This document shows, in pieces, positions 46,431-56,472 of a stretch of DNA of 64,000 bases (the first letter of the stretch is position 1; each line of letters starts with the position of its first letter). Below the pieces are notes generated by a model. That model searched no databases. It was not told the origin of the DNA and saw only the letters and a list, made by a program, of their open reading frames with translations. The stretch spans positions 3,008,001 to 3,072,000 of the forward strand of contig OY969474.1 in assembly GCA_963700145.1 (NCBI GenBank). The letters are read 5' to 3'. This DNA is from an uncultured Acidobacteriota bacterium (GTDB lineage: Bacteria > Acidobacteriota > Thermoanaerobaculia > Multivoradales > UBA5704). A program made the position numbers and the translations under genes.

Positions 46431-46493
46431 CCAGAAAAACATGCGGGGCTCGCTAAATCTCTCTGAGAGAACGCGTTACGCCGTGGCAGGAGG

Positions 46494-46609
46494 CTACGCG
46501 CACAGCCGGAAGTGCCCGGCGAAACTCCCGGAGGGCCTGCGGGTCGGCTGGGGTGCCGGTGAAGTCGGCTTCGGCGGCGGGGACGGGGGGTTCGCCTCGG
46601 GGCCGAACC
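46494..46609 (-). pseudogene. displaced 3' end of the 48620-49339 gene (116-bp direct repeat of 48620-48735)
   Basis: Codon-by-codon alignment; mostly synonymous substitutions plus one +1 and one -1 indel. Confidence 0.85.
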
Positions 46610-46631
46610 GAGGACTAAGCCCCGCCGTTCT

Positions 46632-48554
46632 TTACTGGAAGTAGCCGAAGACGTCCAGGATGACGTGCACCTGCTGGCCCGGCGCCATCACCGGGTTGAC
46701 GGCGAGGTTGCCGCGGCCGTCGAAGGACAGCGACACGACCTGGTTGTTGGCGCGCGTCTGTCCGGCGGCGAAGTTGATGACGCTGGCGCTCGGGGCCCCG
46801 TCGCCTCCCGGGAAGATCTTGAGGAAGCCGCCGGCGGTCGCCCCGGTGACGGTGACGTTGATCGCCACCGCCTTGGCGGTGGCCGGCACGCCGCAGGCGT
46901 TGAAGGGGTTGTCGTGGAAGGTGATCGTCCGCTCCTCGCCGGCGACCAGCTTGGGGCCGCCGAAGACGAGGTTGCCGGGGAGGCGTGAATCGGAGACCCG
47001 GCAGGGCGTGCGGGTGTGGAAGGAGAGCGGCGGCGGCGGGACGAAGCAACCGACCGTCCCCGGCGCCCGCCCGGTGCGGCGCGGGTTCTGCCGGTGGAGC
47101 GGCCAGGGGAGGGAGCCGATTGAGCCTTCGTTCCAGGCCCAGACGCGGGTGTCGCTCGCGTTGGCGCCGGAGGCGCCGACGATCACCAGGCCGCCGTTGT
47201 CGTCGAGGTCGGCGACCGCCGGTCCGGTGACCTGCCGCAGCGTCGTGTAGACCTTCTTGCCGGCTTCGTAGGGAGGCCCGTCCTCGGAGAGCTGGACGCC
47301 GGTCTTGGAGACGATCGCCACGTCCCAGCCGACGTAGCCCACCAGGACGGCGGGGTTCTGGGCGCCGATCTGGGCCACCAGCGCGGCGCCGAGCGCGTCG
47401 GCGGAGGTGCCGGTGTAAGCGGTCTTGGGCCGCATCTGGAAGAGCGTGCTGCCGTCGCCGTTGGCGGCGAGGAGCCACCCCTCGACCGGCACCGAGAGGC
47501 CGCCCGAGTTCACGTAGACGTTGAGGGGCGCGACGATCTCGAGGGCGGCGTCGGCGTCGAGGTTGCCGAGCGCGAAGGAGCCGACGGCGTGCCCGATGAG
47601 GGGCTTGGGCCAGCCGGGCGGGATCGTGCCGTCGCGCCGGTAGACGTGCAAGAGGCGCCCGACGGTGAGGTCGTCGGGCCAGGGCGGCCCCGTGCCGACG
47701 ACGATCTCGGGGCAGCCGTCGCCGGTGACGTCGCCCACGACGGGCGAGGACTGGATGCCGACCGCGTGGTCGCCCGGCGGGTAGCTCAGGAACTTGGGGA
47801 AGCCGGGGAAGAACGTGCCGTTGCGCCGGAAGACCCAGAGACCGCCGCCGTCGGGCGTGTTGTAGGGCGGCGCCTCGGCGTGGACGTCGGAGCCGATGAT
47901 CACTTCGAGCGTGCCGTTGCCGTCGAGGTCGGCGAGGGCCGGCGAGCTCCAGATCGAGTCGCGGACGAAGAACGGCCAGCCGGGGATGACGGTGCCATTC
48001 GTCCCCTTGACCGCCCAGACGCGGAAGTCGAAGGCGCCGAAGGCGACGTCGTCGAGGCCGTCGCCGTCGAGGTCGCCGAGGGCCGGCGTCGAGAACACCG
48101 CGTCGGGCTGGCCGTCGAGCGGGTAGTGGTCGAGCGGGTCGAAGCGCCACTTCACCGCCCCGTTGTCCTCGAACGCCACGACCTCGCCGGTGAGCTGCGA
48201 GCCCGACCCGGAGCCCACCACGATCTCGAGCTGGCCGTCGAGGTCGAGCTGCCCGGCCGCGGGGCTGGAGGCGACCTCGGAGCGCAGCAGCTTCCCCCCG
48301 GCCCACCCCGCGCGCACCGTGCCGTCGCTGTTGAAGACGAACAGCCGCGAGGCGTTGGTGCCGACGACGATCTCCTCCGGTCCGCCGTTGGCGTCGAGGT
48401 CGACGACCAGCGCCGTCCCGTAGGTGACGACCCCGCCGCCCGCCGCCGAGGTGGGGAAGCCGGAGTTCGGCGTCGCCTCGTTCTGCGCCGCCGCCGGGCC
48501 GCTAACGAGCCATATCAGGCCTAGCCCGATCCAAACGAGAGCCCGTGCTCGCAT
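46632..48554 (-). CDS. secreted FG-GAP/VCBS repeat protein with C-terminal beta-sandwich domain
   Basis: Signal peptide; repeated SSPALADLDGNG.LEVIIG; C-terminal PCRVSDSR...CGVPATAKAVAINVTV...HVILDVFGYF. Confidence 0.85.
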   Translation of the reverse strand: MRARALVWIGLGLIWLVSGPAAAQNEATPNSGFPTSAAGGGVVTYGTALVVDLDANGGPEEIVVGTNASRLFVFNSDGTVRAGWAGGKLLRSEVASSPAAGQLDLDGQLEIVVGSGSGSQLTGEVVAFEDNGAVKWRFDPLDHYPLDGQPDAVFSTPALGDLDGDGLDDVAFGAFDFRVWAVKGTNGTVIPGWPFFVRDSIWSSPALADLDGNGTLEVIIGSDVHAEAPPYNTPDGGGLWVFRRNGTFFPGFPKFLSYPPGDHAVGIQSSPVVGDVTGDGCPEIVVGTGPPWPDDLTVGRLLHVYRRDGTIPPGWPKPLIGHAVGSFALGNLDADAALEIVAPLNVYVNSGGLSVPVEGWLLAANGDGSTLFQMRPKTAYTGTSADALGAALVAQIGAQNPAVLVGYVGWDVAIVSKTGVQLSEDGPPYEAGKKVYTTLRQVTGPAVADLDDNGGLVIVGASGANASDTRVWAWNEGSIGSLPWPLHRQNPRRTGRAPGTVGCFVPPPPLSFHTRTPCRVSDSRLPGNLVFGGPKLVAGEERTITFHDNPFNACGVPATAKAVAINVTVTGATAGGFLKIFPGGDGAPSASVINFAAGQTRANNQVVSLSFDGRGNLAVNPVMAPGQQVHVILDVFGYFQ

Positions 48555-48619
48555 GCATTCACTGTACCGGTGCAGGGAGGGCGGCGGTGTGAAATAGGTC
48601 ACAGGTCGTGGGTCGTCCG

Positions 48620-49339
48620 TCACGCGCAGAGCCGGAAGTGCCCGGCGAACTCCCGCAGGGCTTGCGGGTCCGCGGGGGTGCCGGTGAAGTCGGCTTCGGC
48701 GGCGGGGACGTCGGGGTTCGCTTCCGGGCCGAACCAGATGCCGAAGCGGAGGCGGCCGTCGTCCTTCTTGCACTCGACGAGGAAGAAGTTGGCGATCCCC
48801 TCGGCGTTGCCCTGCTCGGCGCGCAGGCTGCCGCGGCGGGCCTGGTAGCGGAGCTTGCCGCCGCCGGCCTCGACGGTGCCGGTGGCGACCGTCTCGCGGC
48901 TCTCGAAGTCGAGCTTCGTCCCCTCGAGCCCCGGCGGCTCCTCTCCCTCCCCCTTCAGGAACTTCTCGAGGTCCTCGTCCCCCTTGCCGAACTGGCGGAC
49001 CTTGATGAAGAAGAAGCCGCGCTGGTCGAACTCCTGCCCTTGCCCTTCCTCCATCTCCGGCCGCGGCTCCCGGTCGGAGAACATCACCATGTCCATGAAG
49101 AAGGGGATCGAGATGGCGCCGAGCGGGTGGTAGCCGGCCGGGAGCTCGTCGTAGGGGAGGACCGCGCGCGTCCTCTCGGCCCGCTTGACCGGGTCCTTGA
49201 ACCCCGCCTCGATCTCCTTGCCCTGCTTGTAGCCCCACCAGCCGAGCGCGACGATCGCGGCCATGACGAGCCCCACCAGGACCGCGCAGCCGCAGCCGAC
49301 CCAGACCCACGGCGAGGTGCCCGCGCGCTCTTCCCGCAT
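48620..49339 (-). CDS. membrane-anchored hypothetical protein
   Basis: WVWVGCGC + TM N-terminus; 5 nt downstream of argS. Confidence 0.7.
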   Translation of the reverse strand: MREERAGTSPWVWVGCGCAVLVGLVMAAIVALGWWGYKQGKEIEAGFKDPVKRAERTRAVLPYDELPAGYHPLGAISIPFFMDMVMFSDREPRPEMEEGQGQEFDQRGFFFIKVRQFGKGDEDLEKFLKGEGEEPPGLEGTKLDFESRETVATGTVEAGGGKLRYQARRGSLRAEQGNAEGIANFFLVECKKDDGRLRFGIWFGPEANPDVPAAEADFTGTPADPQALREFAGHFRLCA

Positions 49340-49343
49340 ACCT

Positions 49344-51260
49344 CTACATACGCTCCGGCACGGGCACGCCGATCAGCCCGACCAGCGCCTCCAGGCCGCG
49401 GCGGAAGACCTGGACGGCGGCGAGGCGCGTGGCGCGCAGGACCGGGTCGCTTTCCTGGAGGATCGGGTGCTTGTGGTAGACGGCGTTGAAGCGCTGCCCG
49501 AGCTCCAGGGCGTGGCGGGCGATGAGCGAGAGCTCCAGGGCCTCGGCGCCCTTCTCGACGATCTCGCCGCTCTGCGCCACCGCCAGCACCAGGTCCCAGA
49601 GATCGTCGCTCCAGGGCTCCTCGGGGAGCGCCGCGACCTCCTCGCGCGTCACCTCGTCGGCCAGCCCCTCCTCGCGCAGCCGCCGCCGGATGTTGCCGGC
49701 GCGGACCAGCGAGTACTGGAGGTACGGCCCGGACTCCCCTTCGAAGGAGAGCGCCTCGTCGAAGTCGAAGGCGATCACCCGGTTGGTCGTCGCCTTGACC
49801 ATGAAGAAGCGCAACGCCGCGGTGGCGATCTGCCGCGCCAGCGGGCCGAGCTCGGCGGCCGGCAGCTCGCGGTTGCGCGCCGCGATCTCCTCGCGGCTCT
49901 TCGCCTCCAGCTGGTCGAGGAGGTCGTCGGCCTTGACGCCGATTCCCTTCCTGCCCGACATCTCGAGGGTCTTCTCCTCGTCGCCCGCCTCGAGGTAGCC
50001 GAGCTGGCGCGCCGTCGCCGGCGACAGCGCCACCATCTCGTAGGCGAAGTGGACCGAGCGCTCCGCCTCCTCCCGGTGCCCGAGCGCCGCGAGCCCGGCG
50101 CGGACGATCTTCTGCAGGTAGCTCTGCCGGGCGTCGATGACGTTGATCACCCGCTCCGCGCCGCCGAAGGCCGGGTGGTCGCCGGTCCCCTCGGGGGCGG
50201 TCTCCCAAACCCCCTCCTCTTGCCAGAAGGCGTAGCAGAAGTCGCGCCCCAGGAGGCCGAACTTCCAGAGCTGGTAGGCGATGTCCTTGCCGACGTAGGT
50301 CACCGTGCCGTCGGAGCGGACGATCACCTTGTCGGGGTCCTCGAGGCCGGCGAACTCCGGCGTGTCGGCGAGCGGCATCACCCAGCAGCCGTCGTTCTTC
50401 CCCGCGGTCTCGAGGCGCACGGCGCCGGCCTCCTTCAGCAGGGCGAAGGCGGTCTCGAAGAAGCGGCGGGCGAGGACCTCGCTCTCGCGGGTGAGGAGGT
50501 CGTAGCCGACTCCCAGCCGCCGCATCGTCGCGAGATGCCGCGCGACGACCCGCCGCGCCACCAGCCGCCCCAGCTCGGCGCGCGGGCCGCGGCCGATCTC
50601 CAGCTCGTGCAGGGTCTCGCGCCGCAGGGCTTGGCGCTCGGGGTCCTCCCCGTACCAGCGCCCGACCTCGGCGTAGAGGTCCCAGCAGAGGAAGTCGAAG
50701 GGCTCGGGGAGGGCGGCCACCTCGTCGTAGGCGGCGCCGCGCAGGTCGTGGAAGCCGACGACGACGTCGGCGAGCTGGACGCCGGTGTCGTCGATGTAGT
50801 TCTGCACCTCGACCGGCCGGCCGAGGGCGCGCAGGGCGCGGGCGAGGACGTCGCCGAGGACGGCGTTGCGCAGGTGGCCGATGTGGGCCGCCTTGTTGGG
50901 GTTGATGTTGGTGTGCTCGAGGACGACCTTGCCGCCGCGCTCGCCGCCGGGCAGGAGCGGGGCTTCGAGCAGGGCGGCGGCGAACGGGCTCCGCTTGAGG
51001 CGGAGGTTCAGGTAGCCGGCGCCCTCGACCGTGACCGCCCCGACCGCCGCCGGCGGCCGGAAGGCGGCGGCCAGCTCCTGGGCGATGGCCCGCGGCGGGC
51101 GCTTCAGGACCCGGGCGAGCTGGAGGGCCGCCGGGAAGGCCAGATCGCCCAGCTCGCGCCGCGGCGGGACCTCCAGGAGCGGCTCGTGCTCGACCCCGTA
51201 GAGCTCCCGGATCGCCCGCGCCATCTCGGCCGCCAGGTCGCGCTTGAGGTCCCCCCACAT
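49344..51260 (-). CDS. argS: arginine--tRNA ligase
   Basis: EHTNINPNKAAHIGH, NYIDDTG, RSDGT, MSGRKG, GPYLQY, terminal PERM. Confidence 0.96.
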   Translation of the reverse strand: MWGDLKRDLAAEMARAIRELYGVEHEPLLEVPPRRELGDLAFPAALQLARVLKRPPRAIAQELAAAFRPPAAVGAVTVEGAGYLNLRLKRSPFAAALLEAPLLPGGERGGKVVLEHTNINPNKAAHIGHLRNAVLGDVLARALRALGRPVEVQNYIDDTGVQLADVVVGFHDLRGAAYDEVAALPEPFDFLCWDLYAEVGRWYGEDPERQALRRETLHELEIGRGPRAELGRLVARRVVARHLATMRRLGVGYDLLTRESEVLARRFFETAFALLKEAGAVRLETAGKNDGCWVMPLADTPEFAGLEDPDKVIVRSDGTVTYVGKDIAYQLWKFGLLGRDFCYAFWQEEGVWETAPEGTGDHPAFGGAERVINVIDARQSYLQKIVRAGLAALGHREEAERSVHFAYEMVALSPATARQLGYLEAGDEEKTLEMSGRKGIGVKADDLLDQLEAKSREEIAARNRELPAAELGPLARQIATAALRFFMVKATTNRVIAFDFDEALSFEGESGPYLQYSLVRAGNIRRRLREEGLADEVTREEVAALPEEPWSDDLWDLVLAVAQSGEIVEKGAEALELSLIARHALELGQRFNAVYHKHPILQESDPVLRATRLAAVQVFRRGLEALVGLIGVPVPERM

Positions 51261-51305
51261 GGAGCGCGGAGTGTAGCGCGGCAAGTGCTTGATATCATTC
51301 CGCCG

Positions 51306-51881
51306 ATGGGGAGGGGCCAAGAGCAAGCGATGACCGAGAAGGCGGAGAACAAACTGACCGTCCCGCTGGAGGGCACCCAGCTCGAGCTGGTGCAGGGGGA
51401 CATCACCGACCTCCACGTGGACGCGATCGTCAACGCGGCCAACGAGAAGCTCCAGCTCGGCGGCGGCGTGGCGGGGGCGATCAAGCGTAAGGGCGGTCCC
51501 TCGATCCAGGAGGAGTGCAACCGGATCGGCGGCACGGCGGTGGGGACGGCGGTGATGACCGGCGCCGGCCACCTCAAGGCCAAGCACGTCATCCACGCCG
51601 TCGGCCCGAAGATGGGCGAGGGGGACGAGGACCGCAAGCTGGCCAACGCGGTGCGCTCCTCGCTCGCCGTCGCCGACCGCTACGGCCTGCGCTCGATCGC
51701 CCTGCCGGCGCTTTCGACCGGCAACTTCGGCTTCCCCATCGACCGCGCCGCCCGCCTCATCCTCACCGAGATCCACCGCTACCTGCAGGGCGGGACGAAG
51801 ATCGAGCGCGTGGTCGTCTGCCTCCGCGACACCGACGCCTTCGACGCCTTCAAGCGCGAGCTGCGTCGCGGCTTCCGCTAG
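51306..51881 (+). CDS. macro domain protein (YmdB-like)
   Basis: GDIT, AIVNAAN..L..GGGV, VIHAVGP, LSTGNFGFP; start 51306 or 51330. Confidence 0.92.
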   Translation: MGRGQEQAMTEKAENKLTVPLEGTQLELVQGDITDLHVDAIVNAANEKLQLGGGVAGAIKRKGGPSIQEECNRIGGTAVGTAVMTGAGHLKAKHVIHAVGPKMGEGDEDRKLANAVRSSLAVADRYGLRSIALPALSTGNFGFPIDRAARLILTEIHRYLQGGTKIERVVVCLRDTDAFDAFKRELRRGFR

Positions 51882-51901
51882 CGCGCATACAATCCCCGGC
51901 G

Positions 51902-53194
51902 ATGCGCGGCACGTTGACTTGGGTGCTCCTGGCCGCGCTGACCCTGCCGGCCCTCGCCGCCGCGCAGGTCCCGGAGCCGCCGCCCCCCGTCGAGGAGGAG
52001 GAAGCCGCCGAGCCCGCCGAAGAGCCGGTGACGGAGCCCGCCGCGGCGCCGGCCCCGGAGACCGCGCCCGCGGACCCCGACCTGCCGTCCGAGCCGCCGC
52101 CACCGCCGCCGCGCGACAACGGCTCGCGCGAGCGCAGCCTCCCCCGCCTCGACGTCTACTTCCCCGAGGGTGACCTCGACTTCCGCCTCTCGCGCCTGGT
52201 CAACAAGGTCTTCTTCGAGGGGCAGGTCAAGTACAACTTCATCGACGGCGACATCTCGGCTTTCCTTCGCTACCGCTACTACGGTCTCGGGCGGACGCTG
52301 CAGTTCGCCGTCTTCGACGCCATCGAGTTCCCCGACATCGAGGACTTCACCGACGACTTCGACCGCGTGCGCGGCGTGCTGCTGCTGACCGAGTGGCCCT
52401 ACGACGCCAACCACCGCACCTTCCTCCTCGGCGAGCTCGACCGGCTGAGCAACAACAAAGAAGGCCTCGAGTCGCAGAACAACCGGACGAACACCTACCT
52501 GCGGCTGGGCTACCAGATCGGCACCCCGGACGACGCCCGCTCCAACGCCATCGTCGGCGAGACGCGGGCGCGCAGCGAGCGGCTGTTCACCGCCTACCGC
52601 GACCTCGGGCCGGGCAACTTCGGCTTGACCGGCGCCCTGACCTACGGCTTCGACTACGGCTGGGGGGACTTCGACTACGCCAAGGCCGAGTTCGAGGCGC
52701 TGAAGCGCTTCGACGTGACGCGGCGGAGCTTCGTCATCGGCCGCCTGCACGGGGGGACGTTCCTGCGCAAGGAGGAACTGGCGCGCGGCGAGGACCTCGG
52801 GGAGTTCGAGCGCTTCAACATCCCGCTCTCCGAGTTCTTCCGCCTCGACGGCCGGGAGTACCTGAAGGGGGTCAAGGACCGGCTGCGCGGGACGGAGCAG
52901 CTCCACACCACCTGGGAGTACTTCTTCCCCTGGTTCCTCAACGCCCACCACGACTTCCTCAAGCTCGACTGGCAGAACTGGTACTGGGTGCTCTACGCCG
53001 GGGCGGGGACCGTGGGGTTCGACCGGGAGGTCTACACCGACGTCTCCGAGTACGTCCCGGACGCGGGGGTGGGGTTCGAGTCCTCGTTCCGGTTCCGGAG
53101 GAAGTACACTTTCTTCCTGTCGGGGATCGTGGCACAGGCTTTGAAGGGAGACGACGGAGTGGAGGCACGCATCTCTGTCAAGTCGTACCGCTAG
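51902..53194 (+). CDS. putative outer-membrane beta-barrel protein
   Basis: Signal peptide, Pro/Glu linker, alternating aromatic strands, RLDG...LKG loop reminiscent of Omp85 barrels. Confidence 0.6.
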   Translation: MRGTLTWVLLAALTLPALAAAQVPEPPPPVEEEEAAEPAEEPVTEPAAAPAPETAPADPDLPSEPPPPPPRDNGSRERSLPRLDVYFPEGDLDFRLSRLVNKVFFEGQVKYNFIDGDISAFLRYRYYGLGRTLQFAVFDAIEFPDIEDFTDDFDRVRGVLLLTEWPYDANHRTFLLGELDRLSNNKEGLESQNNRTNTYLRLGYQIGTPDDARSNAIVGETRARSERLFTAYRDLGPGNFGLTGALTYGFDYGWGDFDYAKAEFEALKRFDVTRRSFVIGRLHGGTFLRKEELARGEDLGEFERFNIPLSEFFRLDGREYLKGVKDRLRGTEQLHTTWEYFFPWFLNAHHDFLKLDWQNWYWVLYAGAGTVGFDREVYTDVSEYVPDAGVGFESSFRFRRKYTFFLSGIVAQALKGDDGVEARISVKSYR

Positions 53195-53274
53195 GCAGCC
53201 TCCGTTTCTTTCTTAGAATGGGGTTAACCGCTCGCCACACGGTGCGGGCGTAAATCGGGCAGGAGGAGAGACCC

Positions 53275-54585
53275 ATGAAGCGGAGATGCGTGGTGCTGTT
53301 GGTGGCATTTTTGGGCCTGTGCCCGATCGCCGCCTTCGCGGGGGAGGAGGCGAACGCTCCGACCGCGACCGGCGAGACGGGGCTGTTCACGCTGCTCAGC
53401 GGGGAGACGGTCCCCCAGGGCGGCTGGTCCTTCAGCCTCTATTACAACAACTGGGACCGCCTGATCGACGGCGGGGGTGCCCAGGACGTCAGCGTCGACT
53501 GGAACCGGTTGAGCGCGAGCCTGGGCTACGGCATCACCGACCGCTGGGAGTTCAGCGTCATGGTGCCGTACGACGACTTCGAGTTCGACGACGACGACCG
53601 GTTCTTCGACGAAGACATCGACCCGGACGCCAGCGGGCTCGGCAACATCCGGCTCGGGACCAAGTTCCGGCTCGGCGGCGACCCGGCGGCCGACGGCGGG
53701 ACCGCCCTCGGCCTCTTCGTCGAGGCGCCGACCGGCGACGACAAGGTGGCCTCGCAGGACCTGGGCTTCGGCGCCAGCATCAACTGGAGCCGCGCGAACT
53801 GGGTCTTCTCGCTGGGCTACCGCTCCCCGGGCGAGCTCGAGGACGAGGACAACGACCCGGACGACGACATCGTCGGCCTGAACCGCTTCGAGATCCAGGA
53901 CGAGATCAACGCCGGCATCGGCTACGCCACGGCGGTCTCGGAGCGGCTGGACTGGATCACCGAGCTGGCGGGTACGTTTTACACGGGCGCCGACGACGGC
54001 GTCGGCTTCGAGGACGCGTTCGACCTGACCAGCGGCGGCCGCCTCTGGCTCGGGGAGGCGCGCAACTGGGCCTTCAACTTCGCCCTGCGCACCGACCTCG
54101 CCCAGCTCTCCGACATCGACGAGCACTGCCCGATCGGCGGCTTGCTCGGGCTGACGTTCTTCCCGGCGCTGTTCGTGGAGCCGGAGGAGCCGCCTCCGCC
54201 TCCGCCTCCGCCGCCTCCGCCACCGCCGCCTCCGCCGCCCCCACCGCCGCCGCCGCCACCGCCTCCGCCGCCGCCGGCGCCCGAGACGATGGAAGTGGTG
54301 TGCGAGTTCATGACCGGCAGCGCGCGGGTGGACAACATCTGCAAGGCCAAGCTCGACGAGGTGGCGCTGCGGATGAAGCAGGAGCCCGACTCGACCGCCG
54401 AGGTCACCGGCTACGCCGATGGCTCGAGCGGCTCGCAGGCGAGCAACGAGCGGCTGGCGCTGGCGCGCGCCGAGGCCGTGAAGAACTACCTGGTGACGCG
54501 GCACGGGATCGACCCGAGCCGGATCACTACCCAGGGTGAGGTCACCGACCGCGCCGCGGCCGTGACGATCCTCACCATCCCGTAA
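53275..54585 (+). CDS. OmpA-family protein: beta-barrel, poly-Pro linker, peptidoglycan-binding domain
   Basis: AGGAG RBS, signal peptide, 29 consecutive Pro, GYAD...NERLALARAEAVKNYL. Confidence 0.85.
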   Translation: MKRRCVVLLVAFLGLCPIAAFAGEEANAPTATGETGLFTLLSGETVPQGGWSFSLYYNNWDRLIDGGGAQDVSVDWNRLSASLGYGITDRWEFSVMVPYDDFEFDDDDRFFDEDIDPDASGLGNIRLGTKFRLGGDPAADGGTALGLFVEAPTGDDKVASQDLGFGASINWSRANWVFSLGYRSPGELEDEDNDPDDDIVGLNRFEIQDEINAGIGYATAVSERLDWITELAGTFYTGADDGVGFEDAFDLTSGGRLWLGEARNWAFNFALRTDLAQLSDIDEHCPIGGLLGLTFFPALFVEPEEPPPPPPPPPPPPPPPPPPPPPPPPPPPPPAPETMEVVCEFMTGSARVDNICKAKLDEVALRMKQEPDSTAEVTGYADGSSGSQASNERLALARAEAVKNYLVTRHGIDPSRITTQGEVTDRAAAVTILTIP

Positions 54586-54608
54586 CCGGCGCCCTCAGGC
54601 TGGTTGGG

Positions 54609-54641
54609 GAGGCCCCGCTTCGGCGGGGCCTCTTCTTTTTT
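54609..54641 (+). terminator. rho-independent terminator
   Basis: GAGGCCCCGC-TTCG-GCGGGGCCTC followed by TTCTTTTTT. Confidence 0.88.
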
Positions 54642-54647
54642 GGCCTC

Positions 54648-55555
54648 TTAGCTTTCGCCGCGCAGGGTCTCGCGGCGCAGCGAGGCGACGGCGCCGAGGA
54701 GACCCGCGACCCCGCCGAGGAGGAGGAGCGCCGCCGCCTGGCCGGGGGTGAGGAAGCGCTCGGCCAGGAGGGTGGCGAGGAGCGACCCTCTGGCCTCGAC
54801 CTGCGCCAGCTGCCAGCCGCCGAAGAGGGCGGCGAGGGCGATCACGCCGCCGAGAAGCCCCTGCAGCAGCCCCTCGGCGTAGAACGGGCCGCGGACGAAG
54901 AACTCGGTCGCTCCGACCAACCGCAGGACGGCGATCTCCTCGTGGTGCAGGTAGGCGGTCAGGCGGATGACGCTGCCGATGGTGAAGATCGCCGCCGCCA
55001 GGAGCACCCCGCCGAGCGCCAGCCCCACCCCGCGCAGCACCGCGATCACCCCCTCGAGCTGCGCCAGCCACTCCCGGTCGTCGTCCACCATCTCGACTGC
55101 GGGACGCGCCCGCCAGGCGGTGAGCCAGGCCTCGTACTCCGCCGCCGGCAGCGCCTCCTCGCGCTCGAGCTCGATCTCGAGCGTGGCGGGCAGCGGCTCC
55201 TCCCCCCAGCCCCGCAGCAGGTCGGAGAGCCCCGGGAAACTGGAGCGGAAGCGGGCGCGCGCCGCGGCCGGGGAGACGGCCGTGGCGCCCCGCACCCAGG
55301 CGGGACCGCGCGCCGCCTCGCCGCGCAGCCGCTCGACCGCCGCTGCCGGCGTGCCGGGGCGTAGGTAGACGACGACCCGGGTCTCGGCGCGCCAGCGGGC
55401 GAGGGCGCGGGCCAGGTTGCCGCTGGCGAGGAGGAACACGCCGCCGACGAAGAGGCTGACGGCGATCGTGAAGACGGCGAGGAAGCTCACCTTCCAGCCG
55501 CGCCGCAAGCCTCCCGCCGCCTCGCGGAAGAAGTAGGCCAGGGCCTGGAGGATGC

Positions 55556-55559
<4 letters not shown>
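54648..55559 (-). CDS. ftsX: cell division permease FtsX
   Basis: TM, VVVYL periplasmic domain, [23 protein letters not shown]; next to ftsE. Confidence 0.9.
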
Positions 55560-56308
<749 letters not shown>

Positions 56309-56320
56309 GCTGCAGCGGCG

Positions 56321-56472
56321 CCCCCGCCCAGATCCTTGCGGAGCCCGATGATGGGCTCCGCTACCCGTAAGGTAGCCCGCCTGAGCGGGCGTTGATCCGG
56401 GGGCGGGTTCGGTCCGCTCAGGATGACAGGCCCGATTGTCATCCCGAGCGCAGCGAGGGATCTGGGGGCGGG
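56321..56472. repeat. multi-hairpin REP-like element between gatB and ftsE
   Basis: Hairpins GCGGAGCCC/GGGCTCCGC, CTACC/GGTAG, CCCGC/GCGGG, GCTCAGGATGACA/TGTCATCCCGAGC; ends CAGATCC/GGATCTG. Confidence 0.78.

Noticed and set aside
45444-48554. Prophage or integrative element
   Set aside because: No integrase, phage or conjugation genes; only a small accessory patch.
46494-48735. Diversity-generating retroelement TR/VR pair
   Set aside because: Differences are synonymous third-position changes, not adenine-specific, and no reverse transcriptase is present.
56321-56472. tRNA or riboswitch (cloverleaf-like)
   Set aside because: No D-loop or TTC T-loop consensus or CCA end; it matches the REP-like family also seen at 33.1 kb.
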